DNA from: Octopus bimaculoides
Lineage: Eukaryota
NCBI RefSeq assembly: GCF_001194135.2
Contig: NC_069003.1
Span: 12,152,454 to 12,203,653 of the forward strand
Direction: 5' to 3'
DNA length: 51,200 nucleotides
Within the stretch, counting starts at the first letter, position 1. Each line of letters begins with the position of its first letter. Under the pieces are notes generated by a model. The model worked only from the letters and a program-made list of their open reading frames with translations. It was not told where the DNA came from and did not search any database. Both the position numbers and the translations under genes were made by a program. Shown here piece by piece: positions 49,169 through 51,200 of the stretch.

Positions 49169-49497
49169 AAAATAATTTTATCATGAAGAATATTTTAGTA
49201 CCGGTTTCAGTCTTTGCGACTTTTTCAACTTAAAGTAAAGCATGAAAAATAATTAAATTGTGGAAAAATTAAATGAAATGTTTTCTTAAGGGACACTTTC
49301 GTTTTTTTCTGTCTGTCTCTGTCTCTCTTTTTTACTCTTGTGAGTTGTAGGTATTCAGCAGCATATGGAAATATTTAAAAACAAACATTTCATTTAATTT
49401 TTCCACAATTTAATTGTTTTTCATGCTTTACTCTAAGTTGAAAAAGTCGCAAAAACTGAAACCGGTACTAAAACGTTCTTCATGATAAAATTATTTT
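49169..49497. repeat. Inverted repeat (~115-bp arms, ~100-bp spacer) with a degenerate hammerhead-like motif
   Basis: 49169-49283 is the reverse complement of 49383-49497. The arm reads ttgaaaa-agtc-gcaaa-gact-GAAA-ccgGTA, with two core mismatches. Confidence 0.6.
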
Positions 49498-51153
49498 TCC
49501 TTATATATATATATATGTGTGTGTGTATGTGTGTGTATTCTGTATTTATTTACTGCGTCTGTAGAAGTTAGAGAGTCAAAATGACCAGGCATGACATTAC
49601 AATGTCATGCCTGGTCAAAAAACAAAAAAAACACTGCAGTAGCTGACTCATTTACAATGTTTAAGTGTCACACATAAGTCTGTGACACCTGTTCTAGAGA
49701 GATTAGTCAGGCTTCATCTTACTGTTATAATTTTCCAAATAGAATATTTATTTTCTCACAGATTTTTAATGAGATTTCTTTCTTCTGTGAATGTAAATTT
49801 AATAAATTATAATACAGCATCACAATATTGTATTTTCCAGAAGTGCATAGTTGTCACTGTATTGTTCCAATGTCTTTTTTTTTTCTGTTCTTTAAAGGGG
49901 GGTTACATACAGGGGATGGTGTAATTGACCATTCAAAATCTAAATCTGTCAGACGATGCTCTTAGTCCCCATGGATATCTTGATAAGGCTGTAGTTGAGT
50001 TTCAATTGTCCTCATACATGACTTAAACCACTAAAAAATGCCAATCACAGAGAAGGCCAAATGAGAATCTACCATATATAAGGTTTAACCATCTACCCAA
50101 TATTCTTAAGAACCTTAGCTGGTAATATACACAGGGCATTTTTGTTTGACCCTGGGTCGGTTCTGTTCCAGCAAACATATGAGACAGCAAGTGGACTTAC
50201 GGATTTGGTAGAGTAGTAAATAAAATGTCTTCTAGTTAGATTCTGATATTAAATTCCACCATGGTTAATTTTGCTTTTTCATTTAATTCAGGATCAAAGC
50301 CTTGTGAGATATATGTAAACAATGATAATGATGATGTGTGTATATATCTATGTGTGTGTGTGTCTTTGTATCTGTCCCCCACCACCCCTTGACAACCAGT
50401 GTTGGTGTGTTTACATTCCTGTAACTTAGTGGTTCAGCAAAAGGCACTGATAGAATAAGTTCTAGGCTTTAAAAAAAAGTCCAGGGGTCCATTTGTTCAA
50501 TTAAAACCCTTGAAGGCAGTGCTCCAGCATGGCTACAGTCAGTTGACTGAAACAAGTAAAAGATAAAAGATACTCCTTATTGGACATGCCTTAATCAATG
50601 AATACTTGTACTCATTTTTTAATTGAATATATATTTTTTTGTGCATAGTGGTTGTTTCTCCCTGAGTAGAAATGCACATTATAAGCTTAACTGTCCATAT
50701 ATAAATTGTGTGTAAATAAAGAGAGAGAGAGAGAGAAAGTGAGAGATCTGTGCCTGATCATCTATTACACTTTAGCCTTTCAACATCTGGCATAAACCCC
50801 ATTCAGTTGAATGAAAAACAAGCACACAGTTCAGTCTGTAAAGTGGATGGTATTAAGAAGAGACCAGGCCAAAGACGACACTGGAGTTCAGTGCAGCCCT
50901 TGGGATTGTTGGAACCGGTCAAGCCATCCAATGCATGCAAGCATGGAAGACAGATGTTAGATGATGATGAAGATGATGTATATATGTAGATATGAGAGGT
51001 ATTGGTATCCAGAAGACCCAAGGTGGCAGGTAAGGCAATGTAAGTGCTATAGAAGGACCGAAGTTAAACTCTCGGTTCAATAATAATACGAGTGAGGAGT
51101 CTAATGCGGGTCTTGTATCAGCATGTATATGTTAAATAAAATGAGGCAACAAA

Positions 51154-51200
<47 letters not shown>

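Noticed and set aside
46500-51200. Expected upstream RTEL1 exon (PKVCVLGSREQLCIH-like)
   Set aside because: No matching segment found; it probably lies beyond the window end.

Overview
AT-rich, repeat-saturated animal genomic DNA with seven N-gaps. The SINE/LINE families look like those of Octopus (inference). There are no prokaryotic-style genes, and nearly all ORF-track entries are microsatellite, N-gap or dead-transposon artefacts. The real gene is a minus-strand, multi-exon RTEL1 (Fe-S DEAH helicase, regulator of telomere elongation). Seven exons are identifiable between 46419 and 22054, all with GT-AG boundaries and compatible phases. They encode three Fe-S cysteines and the DEAH motif II. 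One required internal exon is not visible and probably lies in the 37327-38283 gap, and the exons downstream of 22054 are unresolved. The introns hold a decayed Tigger/pogo transposon, RTE, L1/Tx1-like and CR1/L2-group LINE fragments, several tRNA-derived SINE families (two head-to-tail arrays), and hAT, mariner and piggyBac-type MITEs. Best leads: (1) a ~500-bp palindrome of two back-to-back tRNA-like Pol III promoters, each followed by a minimal hammerhead ribozyme (34770-35280), plus two other hammerhead-like elements; (2) an AG|GTAAGT recursive-splice-like site just upstream of it in the RTEL1 intron; (3) a foldback element carrying head-to-head telomere-like TTAGGG/CCCTAA arrays.
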